Assembly: GCA_026390345.1 (NCBI GenBank)
Contig: JAPLGD010000068.1
Coordinates: forward strand, 24,078 to 88,077
Reading direction: 5' to 3'
DNA from: Candidatus Bipolaricaulota bacterium
GTDB lineage: Bacteria; Bipolaricaulota; Bipolaricaulia; UBA7950; UBA9294
DNA: 64,000 nt
A program made the translations under genes and the position numbers. Position 1 is the first letter of the stretch. Each line of letters begins with the position of its first letter. The notes below the pieces were generated by a model. The model ran no database searches. It was not told the DNA's origin and worked only from the letters and a program-made list of their open reading frames with translations. Positions 37,029 through 48,023 of the stretch are shown one piece after another.

Positions 37029-38206
37029 GCTCGGATCGCCCCCAGCTCCCGCCCGACCTGCGCAAACGCGTCGATGGCGAACTCCAGATCCTTTCGGCTG
37101 TGGCCAGCGGACATCATAACGCGGATTCGCGCCTTCCCCTGAGGCACCGTCGGGAAAGCGATCGCCGTCGCGAACACGCCGCGGGCGAACAGCGCCTTCG
37201 AGAACGACCACGCCGTCTCCGCTTCGCCAAGCATCACCGGCACGATCGGCGTCTCGCTCTTCCCTGTGTCGAACCCCAGCTTCTTGAGGGAGCTCTTGAA
37301 GAACTGGGCGTTCTCCCACAGGCGGCGCACCGGCTCGTCGCTCTTCTCGAGGATGTCGATCGCCTCGATGCATGCGGCCACGTCCGGCGGCGTCGCCGCG
37401 GACGAGAAGAGGAAGGGTCGCGCCCGCTGGCGGAGGTACTCGATAACCTTCGCGCTTCCCGCCACGTATCCCCCCATCACGCCGAATGCCTTCGACATCG
37501 TCCCACACTCAATGTCCACCCGTCCGTGGAGATTGAAGTGGTCGACGATGCCCCGTCCGTGGCTTCCCAGGACGCCTTCCCCGTGCGCGTCGTCGACCAT
37601 CACGATCGCCTCGTACGCGTCGGCCAAATCGACGATCTTCGGAAGCGGTGCGATGTCTCCGTCCATCGAGAACACCCCGTCCGTCACGATCAGCTTCTTC
37701 GCGGCCGCGCGCTTCTCCTCGAGCAGCTTCGCGAGCGTCTCCGTGTCGCGGTGCGGGTAGATCACGCGCGTCGCCTTCGTCAGACGCACGCCGTCGATAA
37801 TCGACGCGTGGTTGAGCTCGTCGGTGAACACGATGTCATCCTTGTCCAACAGAAGCGGAAGCACGGAGAGGTTCGTGTTCAGGCCGGACTGCACGGAGAG
37901 CGCGGCCTCGGTTCCCTTGAACCGCGCGATTCGCCGCTCCAGCTCGACGTGAAGGCTCATCGTCCCGGCAATCGAGCGCACGGCGGCCGGCCCGACGCCG
38001 TACTCGTCAATCGCTCGCTTCGCCGCGTCTCGCAACCGTTGGTCGTCAGCGAAGCCAAGGTAGTTGTTCGAGCACAGGTTCAAGACCCGCCGACCTTCGA
38101 TCTGCACCCACGCGCCGACCGAACTCTCGATCGTGCGAATCGTGTTGTAGAGCCCCTTCTCGCGCAGGTCCGCGAGGGCTTCGTCGACGAACGTCAGCTT
38201 CCCCAT
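37025..38206 (-). CDS. kbl: Glycine C-acetyltransferase (2-amino-3-ketobutyrate CoA ligase)
   Basis: [26 protein letters not shown] and MVDDAHG are collinear with E. coli Kbl. ATG at 38206 is preceded by GGAGGTG. Confidence 0.85.
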   Translation of the reverse strand: MGKLTFVDEALADLREKGLYNTIRTIESSVGAWVQIEGRRVLNLCSNNYLGFADDQRLRDAAKRAIDEYGVGPAAVRSIAGTMSLHVELERRIARFKGTEAALSVQSGLNTNLSVLPLLLDKDDIVFTDELNHASIIDGVRLTKATRVIYPHRDTETLAKLLEEKRAAAKKLIVTDGVFSMDGDIAPLPKIVDLADAYEAIVMVDDAHGEGVLGSHGRGIVDHFNLHGRVDIECGTMSKAFGVMGGYVAGSAKVIEYLRQRARPFLFSSAATPPDVAACIEAIDILEKSDEPVRRLWENAQFFKSSLKKLGFDTGKSETPIVPVMLGEAETAWSFSKALFARGVFATAIAFPTVPQGKARIRVMMSAGHSRKDLEFAIDAFAQVGRELGAIRA

Positions 38207-38261
38207 CGAAGACACCTCCACACTCCGGCGTGCGAACTCACACTCCGAGCTTGAACCGTTC

Positions 38262-38615
38262 TCACTTCCCCGCACTCTCGAGATCGTCGAGGAAGGCGAA
38301 CGCGCGGCGCAGGTGCGGAATGGCGGTGGAGCCCCCCGCAACGAGTGCCACGGAGAGCGCTTCCACCACTTCCTCCCGTGAGGCTCCAACGTCGTGGAGC
38401 TGCTGCAGGTGGTAGTGGATACAGTCGTCGCAGCGAAGGACGGCTGAGGCGACGAGGCCGAGAAGCTCCTTGTCCTTGCGAGAGAGTGCTCCGTCGGCGT
38501 ACACATCGCCGTCCAGCGCAAGGAAGCGTCGCATGGGAAGGTTCGCCGCCTTGAGCAACCGCTCCTGTCCCTCCGCCCGACGCTCCACAAATCCCCGGAC
38601 CGACTCGTCCAGCAT
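38262..38615 (-). CDS. Carboxymuconolactone decarboxylase / AhpD-like family protein
   Basis: CDDCIHYH motif. Confidence 0.75.
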   Translation of the reverse strand: MLDESVRGFVERRAEGQERLLKAANLPMRRFLALDGDVYADGALSRKDKELLGLVASAVLRCDDCIHYHLQQLHDVGASREEVVEALSVALVAGGSTAIPHLRRAFAFLDDLESAGK

Positions 38616-38618
38616 GGC

Positions 38619-39104
38619 CTACTCCTCCGCCTCGTGCGCTCCAGAGCCTTCGGGCCGCCTCGCCTCGAGGAACGCGTCGGCCTCGTCGAGGACCCGACGG
38701 CTCTCTGCGTGGGTGAGCTTCGCGCGGGCCCGATCGAGGTCAAGCCACTCGGCCTCATCGTGCTCGTTCGAAAGCCGCACCAAGGTCACATCGGTTTGCC
38801 CGAGGAAGTAGTCGACGGTCTTCTCAAGTCTCCGCCCTCCGCGGACCACGCGGTAGCGGCTGCGCACCGCGAACCCGGGCACCGAAGTCACGTCGGAGAT
38901 CCCCGTCTCTTCGCCGATCTCGCGCAGCGCGGCCTCCAACTGGCTCTCGCCAGCTTCGATCCGCCCTTTCGGGAAGCCCCAGTGGCCTCCGTCCCGGTGG
39001 AGGAGGATCAGGTAGACCCGTCCGCCGCCCGCCTCGCGGAAGACGACGAATCCCGCCGCCCGCTCCTCCCCGTCCGGACTATGGGATGTCGACTTCGTAT
39101 CCAC
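38619..39104 (-). CDS. NUDIX hydrolase
   Basis: Nudix box [27 protein letters not shown]. The start is uncertain. A GTG at 39104 or a TTG at 39134 overlaps the rpoB 3' end by 26-56 nt. No in-frame start exists downstream of the rpoB stop before the Nudix box. Confidence 0.65.
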   Translation of the reverse strand: MDTKSTSHSPDGEERAAGFVVFREAGGGRVYLILLHRDGGHWGFPKGRIEAGESQLEAALREIGEETGISDVTSVPGFAVRSRYRVVRGGRRLEKTVDYFLGQTDVTLVRLSNEHDEAEWLDLDRARAKLTHAESRRVLDEADAFLEARRPEGSGAHEAEE

Positions 39105-42100
39105 TGCGGTCGTACACGCGCGGGTAGAGACCAAGGCTCCGCAGCTCGCGCAACAGGACCTTGAACGATTCCGGAAGTCCCGGCTTCGGGAACTCCTCGC
39201 CCTTCAGGATCGCCTTGTACAACTGGATTCGCCCGCGCGTGTCGTCGGACTTCACGGTCAGCATCTCCTGAAGCAACGCCGACGCCCCGTACGCCTCCAG
39301 CGCCCAGACCTCCATCTCGCCGAGGCGCTGGCCGCCAAACTGCGCCTTCCCGCCCAGCGGCTGCTGGGTAATCAGCGCGTACGGCCCCGTCGATCGGGCG
39401 TGGATCTTTTCGTCGGCAATGTGCTCCAACTTCAGGATGTACATGTGCCCAACGGTAATCGGCCGCGCGAACGGCTCTCCCGTCCGGCCGTCCCGCAGGG
39501 TGACTTTTCCGTCGTGGTCGTCGCCGTCGGCAAGACCCGCCTTCTCCCGTTCCTCGCGAAGCGCGTCGAGGATCTCGTCTTCCTTCGCTCCGTCGAAGAT
39601 CGGGCTCGCGACGAGCTCGCCCCTCAGGTGCGCGAGCCAGCCGAGGTTCGCCTCGAAGATCTGCCCGAGATTCATGCGTGACGGCACGCCCATCGGATTG
39701 AGCACAAGATCGACCGGGGTTCCATCCGGCAGGAACGGCATCTCGGCCATCGGGCGAACCGTCGAAATGACGCCCTTGTTGCCGTGGCGGCCGGCGAGCT
39801 TGTCGCCAATGGAGATCGTCTTCCGTTGTGCGACGAACACCTTCACCAACTCGTTGACCCCCGCGTCGAGCTCGTCGCCCTGGTCGCGCGAGAACTTCTT
39901 GACCTTGATGACCTTCGCCGTGCCCGACACGGGCCGCATGCGCAGCGACGTGTTCCTCACGTTGCGAGCGCGCTCGCCGAAGATCGAGCGGAAGATCTTC
40001 TCCTCCGGCGTCGGCTCCGACTCCCCGCGCGGCGTGATCTTCCCAACGAGGATGTCACCCGTCCGCACGACAGTTCCCTCGCGGACGATGCCGTCCTCGT
40101 CGAGGTTCTTGAGGTCTTCCTTCGAGATGTTGGGGATGTCGGCCGTGATCTCCTCGGGGCCGAGCTTCGTCTCCTCCGCCTTCACCTCGAACTCCTCGAT
40201 GTGGATCGAGTCGAGCAGGTTCTCGCGAACAAGACGGTCGCTGACAACGATCGCGTCCTCGTAGTTGTACCCCTCGAACGGCATGATCGCGACGAGCAGG
40301 TTCCGCCCGAGCGCCAACTCCCCGAAGTCGCTCGAAGGCCCGTCGGCGAGGAGGTCGCCGACCTTGATCGTGTCGCCCTCTTCCACGACGGGGCGCTGGT
40401 GCAAGATGGTGTCCTGGTTCGACCGCTCGAAGCTGACGAGCGTGTACGTCCGCTTCTTCGCTGCCTTCCCCGTCTTCCCCTTCTTCCCCACCACGATGTG
40501 GTCCGCATCCACTTCCGAGACGACGCCGTCCTCGTCCGCCACGAGCAGCATTCCCGAGTCCATGGCCGCCTGGCGCTCGAGGCCCGTCCCAACGAGCGGG
40601 GCCTCCGGTCCCAGGAGCGGCACGGCCTGCCGCTGCATGTTCGCACCCATCAGGGCGCGGTTCGAGTCGTCGTGCTCGAGGAACGGAATCAGCGCAGCTG
40701 AGATTCCCACGAGGGCGCGCGGCGATACGCCGATGTAGTCCACCTCGTCAGGACGGACGAGGATCACGTCTTCCCGCCCTGTCCGGACTTCGATCCGTTC
40801 GCCGAGAAGCTTGCCGGCCGCGCTGACCGCTGCCGTCGCGGGCGCGATCTTCAGGCCCTCCTCGTCGTCGGCCATCAGGTAGTCGATCTGATCGGTGACC
40901 TTCCCCTTCACAACCTTCCGGTACGGAGCCACAAGGAATCCGAACTTGTTCACCCCCGCGTAGCAGGCGAGCGACGTGATGAGTCCAATGTTCTGCCCTT
41001 CCGGCGTCTCGATCGGGCAGATCCGGGCGTAGTGCGACGAGTGGACGTCGCGGACCTCGATCTTCGCCCGCCGCTTCGTGAGCCCTCCGCCCAGCGCGTT
41101 CAGGCGCCGCTTGTGCGTAAGCTCCGTGAGCGGGTTCGTCTGCTCAAGGAACTGCGAGAACCGTCCCGTGTAGAAGAGCTGGTTGATCGACCCCTGAACC
41201 GTGCGCGTCGAGATCAGGCGCCGGATTGTGTCCTTCTCCTCCAGCGCGTACTTCGACAGCTTGTCGCGAGCGATCCGGGCCATGCGCACGAGTCCCGTCC
41301 GCAGGGCGCTCTCCGCCAACTCGCCCGGCAAGCGCACGCGCTTGTTCGCAAGGTGGTCCTTCTCGTCCAGGAGCTCCGGATGGTTCGGGACGTCGATCAA
41401 CACGCGGATCGTCCGCACGATGTCGGCGAGGTACAGGACCGGCTCCTTCAAGCCCATTCCGAGCTTCCGGTTCACCTTGAACCGCCCCACCTCGGACAGG
41501 TGGTAGCTCGTCGGGTGGAAGTACAGGGTCTCGATGTACTCGCCCATCTGCGCTGGCGACGACCGATCCGACGGCCGCAGCTTGCGGTAGACGGCGCGCA
41601 GCGCTTCCTCCTGGCTCGTCGTCTGATCCTCTTCCAGAGCACGCTGGATGTAGCGATTGACGAAGCGGACCGACTTGACGCCCGCCGCCTCAAGCTTCGG
41701 CAGATGGTTCTTCTGCAGCGTCTCTCCCGACGTGAGGATCGACTCCTTCTTGCCCTTGCCGACATCCTCCGCAACGCGGTACCCCACGTAGGGGGCCAGC
41801 TTCTCCGTGCTCACCGGAGAGACGGTGAAACTGAAGTACCGACAGATACGCGGCTCGTCGAATCCGAGGGCCTTGAGGAGCACCGTGACGACGACGCGCC
41901 CCTTCCGGTCGAGGTTCGCGCGGAGCGTGCCTCGCTTCGTGTCGAGGAGAATCTCAAGCCACGCCCCAAGCTCGGGGAGGATGTGACCCTTGTACTGGTT
42001 CGTGTCCTCTTGGGTGAAGTACACACCGGGAGCGCGGGTCAGCTCATTGACGAGCGCGTTCTCGGACCCGTTGATGATGAACGTGCCGCGGTTCGTCATC

Positions 42101-42429
42101 ATCGGGAAGTCGCCGATGTAGAGCTCGGTTTCCTGTAGGAGCTTCCCCTCCTGGTAAAGTCTCGCACCTACGCGAAGCGGGCGAGAGAACGTCAGATCCT
42201 TGTCTTTGCACTCGGCCTCGCTGTTCCGGGGATCCCCGAGGTACGGGTCGACGAACTCCATCCGCAGCCCGTCCTTGCCGTGCCCTTCGATGGGCGTGAC
42301 GTCCGCGAATGCGCGCTTGATCCCCTTCTCGACGAACTCCTCGAACGACGAACGCACATCGGCCAACAGGTAGGGCGGGGGAAGGATTTCCTGAATCCGT
42401 CCGTAGGATCTTCGCTCTCGGTACTTCAT
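39079..42429 (-). CDS. rpoB: DNA-directed RNA polymerase beta subunit
   Basis: Full-length collinear RpoB, about 1116 aa. ATG at 42429 is preceded by GGGGAG. Confidence 0.95.
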   Translation of the reverse strand: MKYRERRSYGRIQEILPPPYLLADVRSSFEEFVEKGIKRAFADVTPIEGHGKDGLRMEFVDPYLGDPRNSEAECKDKDLTFSRPLRVGARLYQEGKLLQETELYIGDFPMMTNRGTFIINGSENALVNELTRAPGVYFTQEDTNQYKGHILPELGAWLEILLDTKRGTLRANLDRKGRVVVTVLLKALGFDEPRICRYFSFTVSPVSTEKLAPYVGYRVAEDVGKGKKESILTSGETLQKNHLPKLEAAGVKSVRFVNRYIQRALEEDQTTSQEEALRAVYRKLRPSDRSSPAQMGEYIETLYFHPTSYHLSEVGRFKVNRKLGMGLKEPVLYLADIVRTIRVLIDVPNHPELLDEKDHLANKRVRLPGELAESALRTGLVRMARIARDKLSKYALEEKDTIRRLISTRTVQGSINQLFYTGRFSQFLEQTNPLTELTHKRRLNALGGGLTKRRAKIEVRDVHSSHYARICPIETPEGQNIGLITSLACYAGVNKFGFLVAPYRKVVKGKVTDQIDYLMADDEEGLKIAPATAAVSAAGKLLGERIEVRTGREDVILVRPDEVDYIGVSPRALVGISAALIPFLEHDDSNRALMGANMQRQAVPLLGPEAPLVGTGLERQAAMDSGMLLVADEDGVVSEVDADHIVVGKKGKTGKAAKKRTYTLVSFERSNQDTILHQRPVVEEGDTIKVGDLLADGPSSDFGELALGRNLLVAIMPFEGYNYEDAIVVSDRLVRENLLDSIHIEEFEVKAEETKLGPEEITADIPNISKEDLKNLDEDGIVREGTVVRTGDILVGKITPRGESEPTPEEKIFRSIFGERARNVRNTSLRMRPVSGTAKVIKVKKFSRDQGDELDAGVNELVKVFVAQRKTISIGDKLAGRHGNKGVISTVRPMAEMPFLPDGTPVDLVLNPMGVPSRMNLGQIFEANLGWLAHLRGELVASPIFDGAKEDEILDALREEREKAGLADGDDHDGKVTLRDGRTGEPFARPITVGHMYILKLEHIADEKIHARSTGPYALITQQPLGGKAQFGGQRLGEMEVWALEAYGASALLQEMLTVKSDDTRGRIQLYKAILKGEEFPKPGLPESFKVLLRELRSLGLYPRVYDRSGYEVDIP

Positions 42430-42455
42430 CTTCTCCCCTTGCAAAGAACGCTCTG

Positions 42456-42480
42456 CCCTAAGGCCTCACGGGCCTTAAGG
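42456..42480 (-). terminator. Hairpin in the rplL-rpoB intergenic region (possible attenuator)
   Basis: CCTTAAGGCC-cgtga-GGCCTTAGGG on the minus strand (one bulge), followed by GTTCTTTGC. Confidence 0.35.
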
Positions 42481-42519
42481 CAGGCGCGTACAGATCCCAG
42501 ATTGCTCTGGTGCGTGAGG

Positions 42520-42897
42520 TTACTCCAATGCGATCTCAGCCCCGGCCGCCTCCAGCTTCTCCTTGATGCTTGTCGCTTCGTCCGGGCCGACGTTCTCTTT
42601 GATCGTGGCCGGGATCTTGTCGGCCAGCTCTTTGCACTCCTTCAGTCCCAGGCCGGTGATGTCCTTGATCTCCTTGATGACCTGGATCTTCTTCTGCCCG
42701 GCGCTCTTCATGATAACCTTGTAGGTCTCGGCCTTCGGCGCCGCGGCATCTCCGCCGGCGGAAGGAGCTACCGCCACGGCTACGGGGGCTGCCATCGCGG
42801 CCGAGACTCCGAAGCGCTCCTCGATCATCTCGACGAGCTCGGCCAGATCCTTGACCGACATCTCCTCTATCTGCTGGAGGATGTCCTGGTTCGCCAT
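42520..42897 (-). CDS. rplL: 50S ribosomal protein L7/L12
   Basis: Canonical sequence. Confidence 0.95.
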   Translation of the reverse strand: MANQDILQQIEEMSVKDLAELVEMIEERFGVSAAMAAPVAVAVAPSAGGDAAAPKAETYKVIMKSAGQKKIQVIKEIKDITGLGLKECKELADKIPATIKENVGPDEATSIKEKLEAAGAEIALE

Positions 42898-42900
42898 CGC

Positions 42901-43437
42901 TTATGCCTCCTCTTTCTGTTCTTCACGCTGCTTCTTCACTTCGTTCAGGACGATCGCCATCTCGCGGATCTTAGCCTGCAGCACCACGGCGAGCGCGCGC
43001 ATTGGGCTCTGGAGGAGCATCGCCAGCTTCGCCAGCAGCTGCTCTCTCGAGGGCATCGTCGCGTACTTCGCGACGTCCTTCTCCGCCACGACGACCCCTT
43101 CGAACAGGCCGCCCTTGAGTTGGTACTTCGGCGCGTACGTCCGCCGGCACTCGTCGGAGATCTTGAAGGCGACGGCCGGGTCGTCATATCCCATCGCGAC
43201 ACCGACCGGGCCGGAGAAGAGATCGGAGAGACCTTCGATCCCCGCCTCCTTCGCCGCGATCTTCGCGAGCGTGTCCTTGACGACGCGGTAGTCCAGCCCC
43301 CGCTTCGTGAACTTGGCACGAAGCTCAACCATCTCATTGGCCGTCAGGCCGCGGTAGTCGGCAAGGACCAACGAGACTGCCTTCTCGAACTGCTCTTTCA
43401 GTCGAGCGACTTCCTCGATCTTTGCTTGGGTCGGCAT
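42901..43437 (-). CDS. rplJ: 50S ribosomal protein L10
   Basis: Canonical sequence. Confidence 0.95.
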   Translation of the reverse strand: MPTQAKIEEVARLKEQFEKAVSLVLADYRGLTANEMVELRAKFTKRGLDYRVVKDTLAKIAAKEAGIEGLSDLFSGPVGVAMGYDDPAVAFKISDECRRTYAPKYQLKGGLFEGVVVAEKDVAKYATMPSREQLLAKLAMLLQSPMRALAVVLQAKIREMAIVLNEVKKQREEQKEEA

Positions 43438-43446
43438 CTCGCGCTC

Positions 43447-44154
43447 CTACTCGACAGATTCCGCGACCGCGGTCACTTCGTTCAGGTCGATCGTGATTCC
43501 GGGGCCCATGGTCGAGGCAACGCTGACCTTCTTGATATAGCGTCCCTTGATCCCCTCATCGGGCTTCCGCTCCGCCACGCCGCGGATCACGGCGATGAGG
43601 TTCTCCTTCAGCGCCGTCGCCTCGAACGAGGCCTTCCCGAACACGGAGTGCACGACACCCGTTCGGTCCGAGCGGAACTCGACCATTCCCTTCTTCAGCT
43701 CCCCGATGACCTGCCCGATGTCTTTCGTCACCGTGCCGGTCTTCGGGCTCGGCATCAGTCCTCGCGGACCGAGGATCTTTCCCAGCTTTCCCACGACGGG
43801 CATCATGTCGGGAGTCGCGACGACCTTGTCGAACTCAAACCACCCCTCCTGGATCTTCTTCGCCATATCGTCGCCGCCGACGTAATCGGCCCCGGCCTTC
43901 TGGGCCTCCGCGATCGACTCGCCCTTGGCGAACGCCAGGATACGGACCGTCTTTCCGGTCCCGTGGGGCAGGTTGCACGTCCCGCGGACGATCGTCTGGC
44001 TCGACTTGATGCCGAGCACCACCGAAACCTCCGCGGTCTCGTCGAACTTGGCCGTCGCCGACGCCTTCAGTTTTGCCATGGCGTCATCGAACCCGTACGT
44101 GGCGCGAGGCTCGACGAGTGTGGCCACTCCGGTGTAGCGTTTGCTTCGTTTCAC
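43447..44154 (-). CDS. rplA: 50S ribosomal protein L1
   Basis: Canonical sequence. Confidence 0.95.
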   Translation of the reverse strand: MKRSKRYTGVATLVEPRATYGFDDAMAKLKASATAKFDETAEVSVVLGIKSSQTIVRGTCNLPHGTGKTVRILAFAKGESIAEAQKAGADYVGGDDMAKKIQEGWFEFDKVVATPDMMPVVGKLGKILGPRGLMPSPKTGTVTKDIGQVIGELKKGMVEFRSDRTGVVHSVFGKASFEATALKENLIAVIRGVAERKPDEGIKGRYIKKVSVASTMGPGITIDLNEVTAVAESVE

Positions 44155-44582
44155 CCGTCCACCACCTCGACTCCCATGTTCCGGGCTGTGCCCTCGATGA
44201 TCCTCATCGCGGACTCCAGTTTGTACGTGTTCAGATCCGGAAGCTTGCGCTCGGCGATCCGGCGGACCTGTTCCCGCGTGATGCGGGCCACCTTGTTCAG
44301 GTTCGGTTGACCGGATCCCGTCTGAATCCCGGCCGCCATCTTGATCAGCTCCGCGGCCGGCGGCTGCTTCAGCACGAAGTCGAACTTGTTCCCCATGTAG
44401 ACGGAGATGATGACCGGGATGATCACCCCGGGCGTTTCGCCCTTCGTGGCATCGTTGAACTTCTTGCAGAAGTCCATGATGTTGAGCTTGTGCTCGCCGA
44501 GCGCGGGTCCGACCGGAGGTGCCGGCGTGGCCTGGCCAGCCGGGATCTGCAACGTGATCTTCGCAATGGCAGTTCGTGCCAT
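44151..44582 (-). CDS. rplK: 50S ribosomal protein L11
   Basis: Canonical sequence. Overlaps rplA by 4 nt. Confidence 0.95.
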   Translation of the reverse strand: MARTAIAKITLQIPAGQATPAPPVGPALGEHKLNIMDFCKKFNDATKGETPGVIIPVIISVYMGNKFDFVLKQPPAAELIKMAAGIQTGSGQPNLNKVARITREQVRRIAERKLPDLNTYKLESAMRIIEGTARNMGVEVVDG

Positions 44583-44615
44583 ACGACCTCCTCCCCTTTC
44601 CTTCTCGTTTCTCGA

Positions 44616-45746
44616 CTACAGCTTCTCGATCCCCTCGAACCCGAGGCGCACCGGCGTCTCGCGTCCGAAGATCTTGACCATAACCGTGATCTCTTCGGCG
44701 TCCTTGTCGATCTCTTTGATCTCCCCGGTGAAGTCCGCGAACGGGCCGTCGACGATCTCGACGACTTCGCCCACGGTGAAGTCGACCTCGATCTTCGGCT
44801 CACCGGACGCCGTGGCCGACGTACCGGCCGTCGCACTCGCAGCGACCGGCACGGCCAGGAGGCCGGCCTTTCGCTTGATCAGCTTCATCTCCGGGCCCTC
44901 GATCGGCATCGGCTTGAACTTCGAGCCGACGTAGCGGACTGCGCCCTTAATCCCGTCGATGAGCTCCATCATCTGCTCCTCTTCGAGCCCCAGTCGCCCG
45001 AAGACGTAGCCCGGGAACAGCCGCCGCTTCTCGATTCGCTGGATCATCACAACGCGCTTGTCCTTGTACTCCTTGACCTTCAGGAGTCCCGACGCGCGGC
45101 TGGGAATCACGTCCTCGTCTTCGATCTTGTCGCCCTGTTCCAGCGTCTGGCCCTTGCGGATGCGCGCCACGTATTTCTCCGGGATCAGCCGCTTCTTCTC
45201 TTTTCCGTCGGCCTGTTCGAACGTCACCCGGCGCACCTTGTCTCGCTGCACCACGGAACCGCGGTTGGCGATGACGAACCGCTCGTCGCCGTCGGTCGTC
45301 AGCGGGACTCCGTTGCGGATCTTCTCCCCAACACGGATGTCGCGACGAACGTGCTTGTCGGCCGGGACAAGGTAGGTCTCCTCGTTCCGGTTTGTGAGCT
45401 CGATGATGACACGCTGCAGCAGCTCGACGTCGATGATCTTCGCACCCTCTTCCATGTGCCGCTCGGATTTCCGAGCGAGGTGCTCACCGCGCTGGATGCG
45501 CTCGTTCGGCTTCGCGACGAGGTCATAGTCGTACGGGATCCGGTACTCCGTGGCCGACCCGCGCCGGCTCCGCGACGTGATGACCTCTTCCACCGGAACG
45601 AGGAAGAACGTCTCCTCCCCCTCCACGGTGAAGGACTCCGCCGCTCTCTCCCAAGCGCGCTTGTGGATCCGCTCGTTGAGGTCTTCCTTGACCTTTAACT
45701 CGGACCCCGCGTAGGTCTGGATCGCGTACCACTTCTTCAGTCGCAT
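44616..45746 (-). CDS. nusG: Transcription termination/antitermination factor NusG with a large (~190 aa) insertion inside the NGN domain
   Basis: An N-terminal NGN segment (KKWYAIQTYAGSE), an inserted region, the rest of NGN (RLFPGYVFGRLGLEE) and a C-terminal KOW (GEVVEIVDGPFADFTGEI). 376 aa, against about 180 for a typical NusG. Confidence 0.9.
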   Translation of the reverse strand: MRLKKWYAIQTYAGSELKVKEDLNERIHKRAWERAAESFTVEGEETFFLVPVEEVITSRSRRGSATEYRIPYDYDLVAKPNERIQRGEHLARKSERHMEEGAKIIDVELLQRVIIELTNRNEETYLVPADKHVRRDIRVGEKIRNGVPLTTDGDERFVIANRGSVVQRDKVRRVTFEQADGKEKKRLIPEKYVARIRKGQTLEQGDKIEDEDVIPSRASGLLKVKEYKDKRVVMIQRIEKRRLFPGYVFGRLGLEEEQMMELIDGIKGAVRYVGSKFKPMPIEGPEMKLIKRKAGLLAVPVAASATAGTSATASGEPKIEVDFTVGEVVEIVDGPFADFTGEIKEIDKDAEEITVMVKIFGRETPVRLGFEGIEKL

Positions 45747-45761
45747 AGTAGTTGGGACCCG

Positions 45762-45950
45762 CTAGGCCCGGAAGACGTACCGTAGAATCAGGCCGATGAC
45801 TCCGTCGACACCCCAGATGTAGAGCGTGAGGACCACGGTCAACAACAGGATCAACGCCGTCAGCGAAACGACCTCGTTGCGCGTCGGCCAACTGACGCGC
45901 GCGACTTCCTGCCGCACTCCTTTGAGATAGTTCACCATCCGCTCGATCAT
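45762..45950 (-). CDS. secE: Preprotein translocase subunit SecE
   Basis: 62 aa with a single TM helix. Located in the conserved secE-nusG position. Confidence 0.85.
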   Translation of the reverse strand: MIERMVNYLKGVRQEVARVSWPTRNEVVSLTALILLLTVVLTLYIWGVDGVIGLILRYVFRA

Positions 45951-45980
45951 CTGCGTCTCCTCGCCTAGGGGTCGCCCTTG

Positions 45981-46053
45981 CAGGCCCGGAGGGGCTCGAA
46001 CCCCCGACCTTCCGATTTGGAGTCGGATGCTCTGCCAATTGAGCTACGGGCCT
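45981..46053 (-). tRNA. tRNA-Trp (anticodon CCA)
   Basis: Cloverleaf AGGCCCGTAGCTCAATTGGCAGAGCATCCGACTCCAAATCGGAAGGTCGGGGGTTCGAGCCCCTCCGGGCCTG. Located in the conserved rpmG-tRNATrp-secE position. Confidence 0.9.
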
Positions 46054-46125
46054 GTATCACGCCTTCGGCCCGACACGGGCCTGTATCACCTCGGCCCGCC
46101 GCGGGCCTGTGCTCGTCGGCCCGAC
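46054..46125. repeat. Degenerate duplications of the tRNA-Trp 5' leader plus first 9 nt (GTGATACAGGCCCGT x2, plus a third partial copy)
   Basis: The direct repeats gggcctgtatcac at 46047-46059 and 46075-46087, and gggcctgtgctc near 46102, lie between tRNA-Trp and rpmG. Confidence 0.5.
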
Positions 46126-46130
46126 GGGGG

Positions 46131-46295
46131 TCAGACCTCCTTGTGAAGCGTGTGCCTGCGGTCCCACTTGCAGTACTTGTTCAGCTCAAGCTTGCCATGA
46201 GCGGTGGCCTTGTTCTTCTTCGTGTGGTAGTTCCGCCGCCCGCACTCGCTGCACGCGAGTGTGACGTGGACGACCGCTTCGCCCTTCTTTGCCAT
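46131..46295 (-). CDS. rpmG: 50S ribosomal protein L33 (54 aa, not in the ORF track)
   Basis: Hand translation gives MAKKGEAVVHVTLACSECGRRNYHTKKNKATAHGKLELNKYCKWDRRHTLHKEV. ATG is preceded by GGAGAGAGGGA. Located in the conserved tuf-rpmG position. Confidence 0.9.
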   Translation of the reverse strand: MAKKGEAVVHVTLACSECGRRNYHTKKNKATAHGKLELNKYCKWDRRHTLHKEV

Positions 46296-46314
46296 GAGCC
46301 AGTCCCTCTCTCCG

Positions 46315-47526
<1,212 letters not shown>

Positions 47527-47602
47527 TCCTTAGACCTCCTCAGCGACAGTAGGTTCGACGATCTTCCGTCCCATCAAACAAAAAACGTCCGCCGCGAGCA
47601 TA

Positions 47603-47675
47603 AGCCCGCGGCCGGAGTCGAACCGGCGACCTCCCCCTTACCAAGGGGGTGCTCTACCTCCTGAGCCACACGGGC
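47603..47675 (-). tRNA. tRNA-Thr (anticodon GGT)
   Basis: GCCCGTGTGGCTCAGGAGGTAGAGCACCCCCTTGGTAAGGGGGAGGTCGCCGGTTCGACTCCGGCCGCGGGCT. Confidence 0.9.
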
Positions 47676-47734
47676 ACGTCCAACTCCGCCGGGTTCGGAG
47701 TGTACCCGAAACCCGCGGGGGCTTCCAACTCAAG

Positions 47735-47816
47735 TGGAGGGGGAGGGATTTGAACCCCCGTAGGCATCGCCAACGGATTTACAGTCCGCCCCGTTTGGCC
47801 ACTTCGGTACCCCTCC
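47735..47816 (-). tRNA. tRNA-Tyr (anticodon GTA, long variable arm)
   Basis: GGAGGGGTACCGAAGTGGCCAAACGGGGCGGACTGTAAATCCGTTGGCGATGCCTACGGGGGTTCAAATCCCTCCCCCTCCA. Confidence 0.9.
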
Positions 47817-47830
47817 GAGCCAGCGACAAG

Positions 47831-47903
47831 AGCCAGCGGCCAGAATTGAACTGGCAACCTACTGATTACAAATCAGTTGCTCTGCCGGTTGAGCTACGCT
47901 GGC
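47831..47903 (-). tRNA. tRNA-Thr (anticodon TGT)
   Basis: GCCAGCGTAGCTCAACCGGCAGAGCAACTGATTTGTAATCAGTAGGTTGCCAGTTCAATTCTGGCCGCTGGCT. Confidence 0.9.
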
Positions 47904-47923
47904 AGCTTGCTCGAGTCCGCGGA

Positions 47924-47952
47924 ATTGTACGGAACCCGTTTCGCCCGGTCAA
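47924..47952 (-). promoter_or_regulatory. Near-consensus sigma-70 promoter (TTGACC, 17 nt spacer, TACAAT) for the tRNA-Thr/Tyr/Thr-tuf operon
   Basis: The reverse complement reads gagacgtcTTGACCgggcgaaacgggttccgTACAATtccgcgg, ending about 20 nt before the first tRNA. Confidence 0.5.
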
Positions 47953-48023
47953 GACGTCTCGCTTAGCGGAGCTCCGTCGCGCACTCGTTCGGCGCGGGCT
48001 CGCGCGCTGTGTGAGACAGCGCC

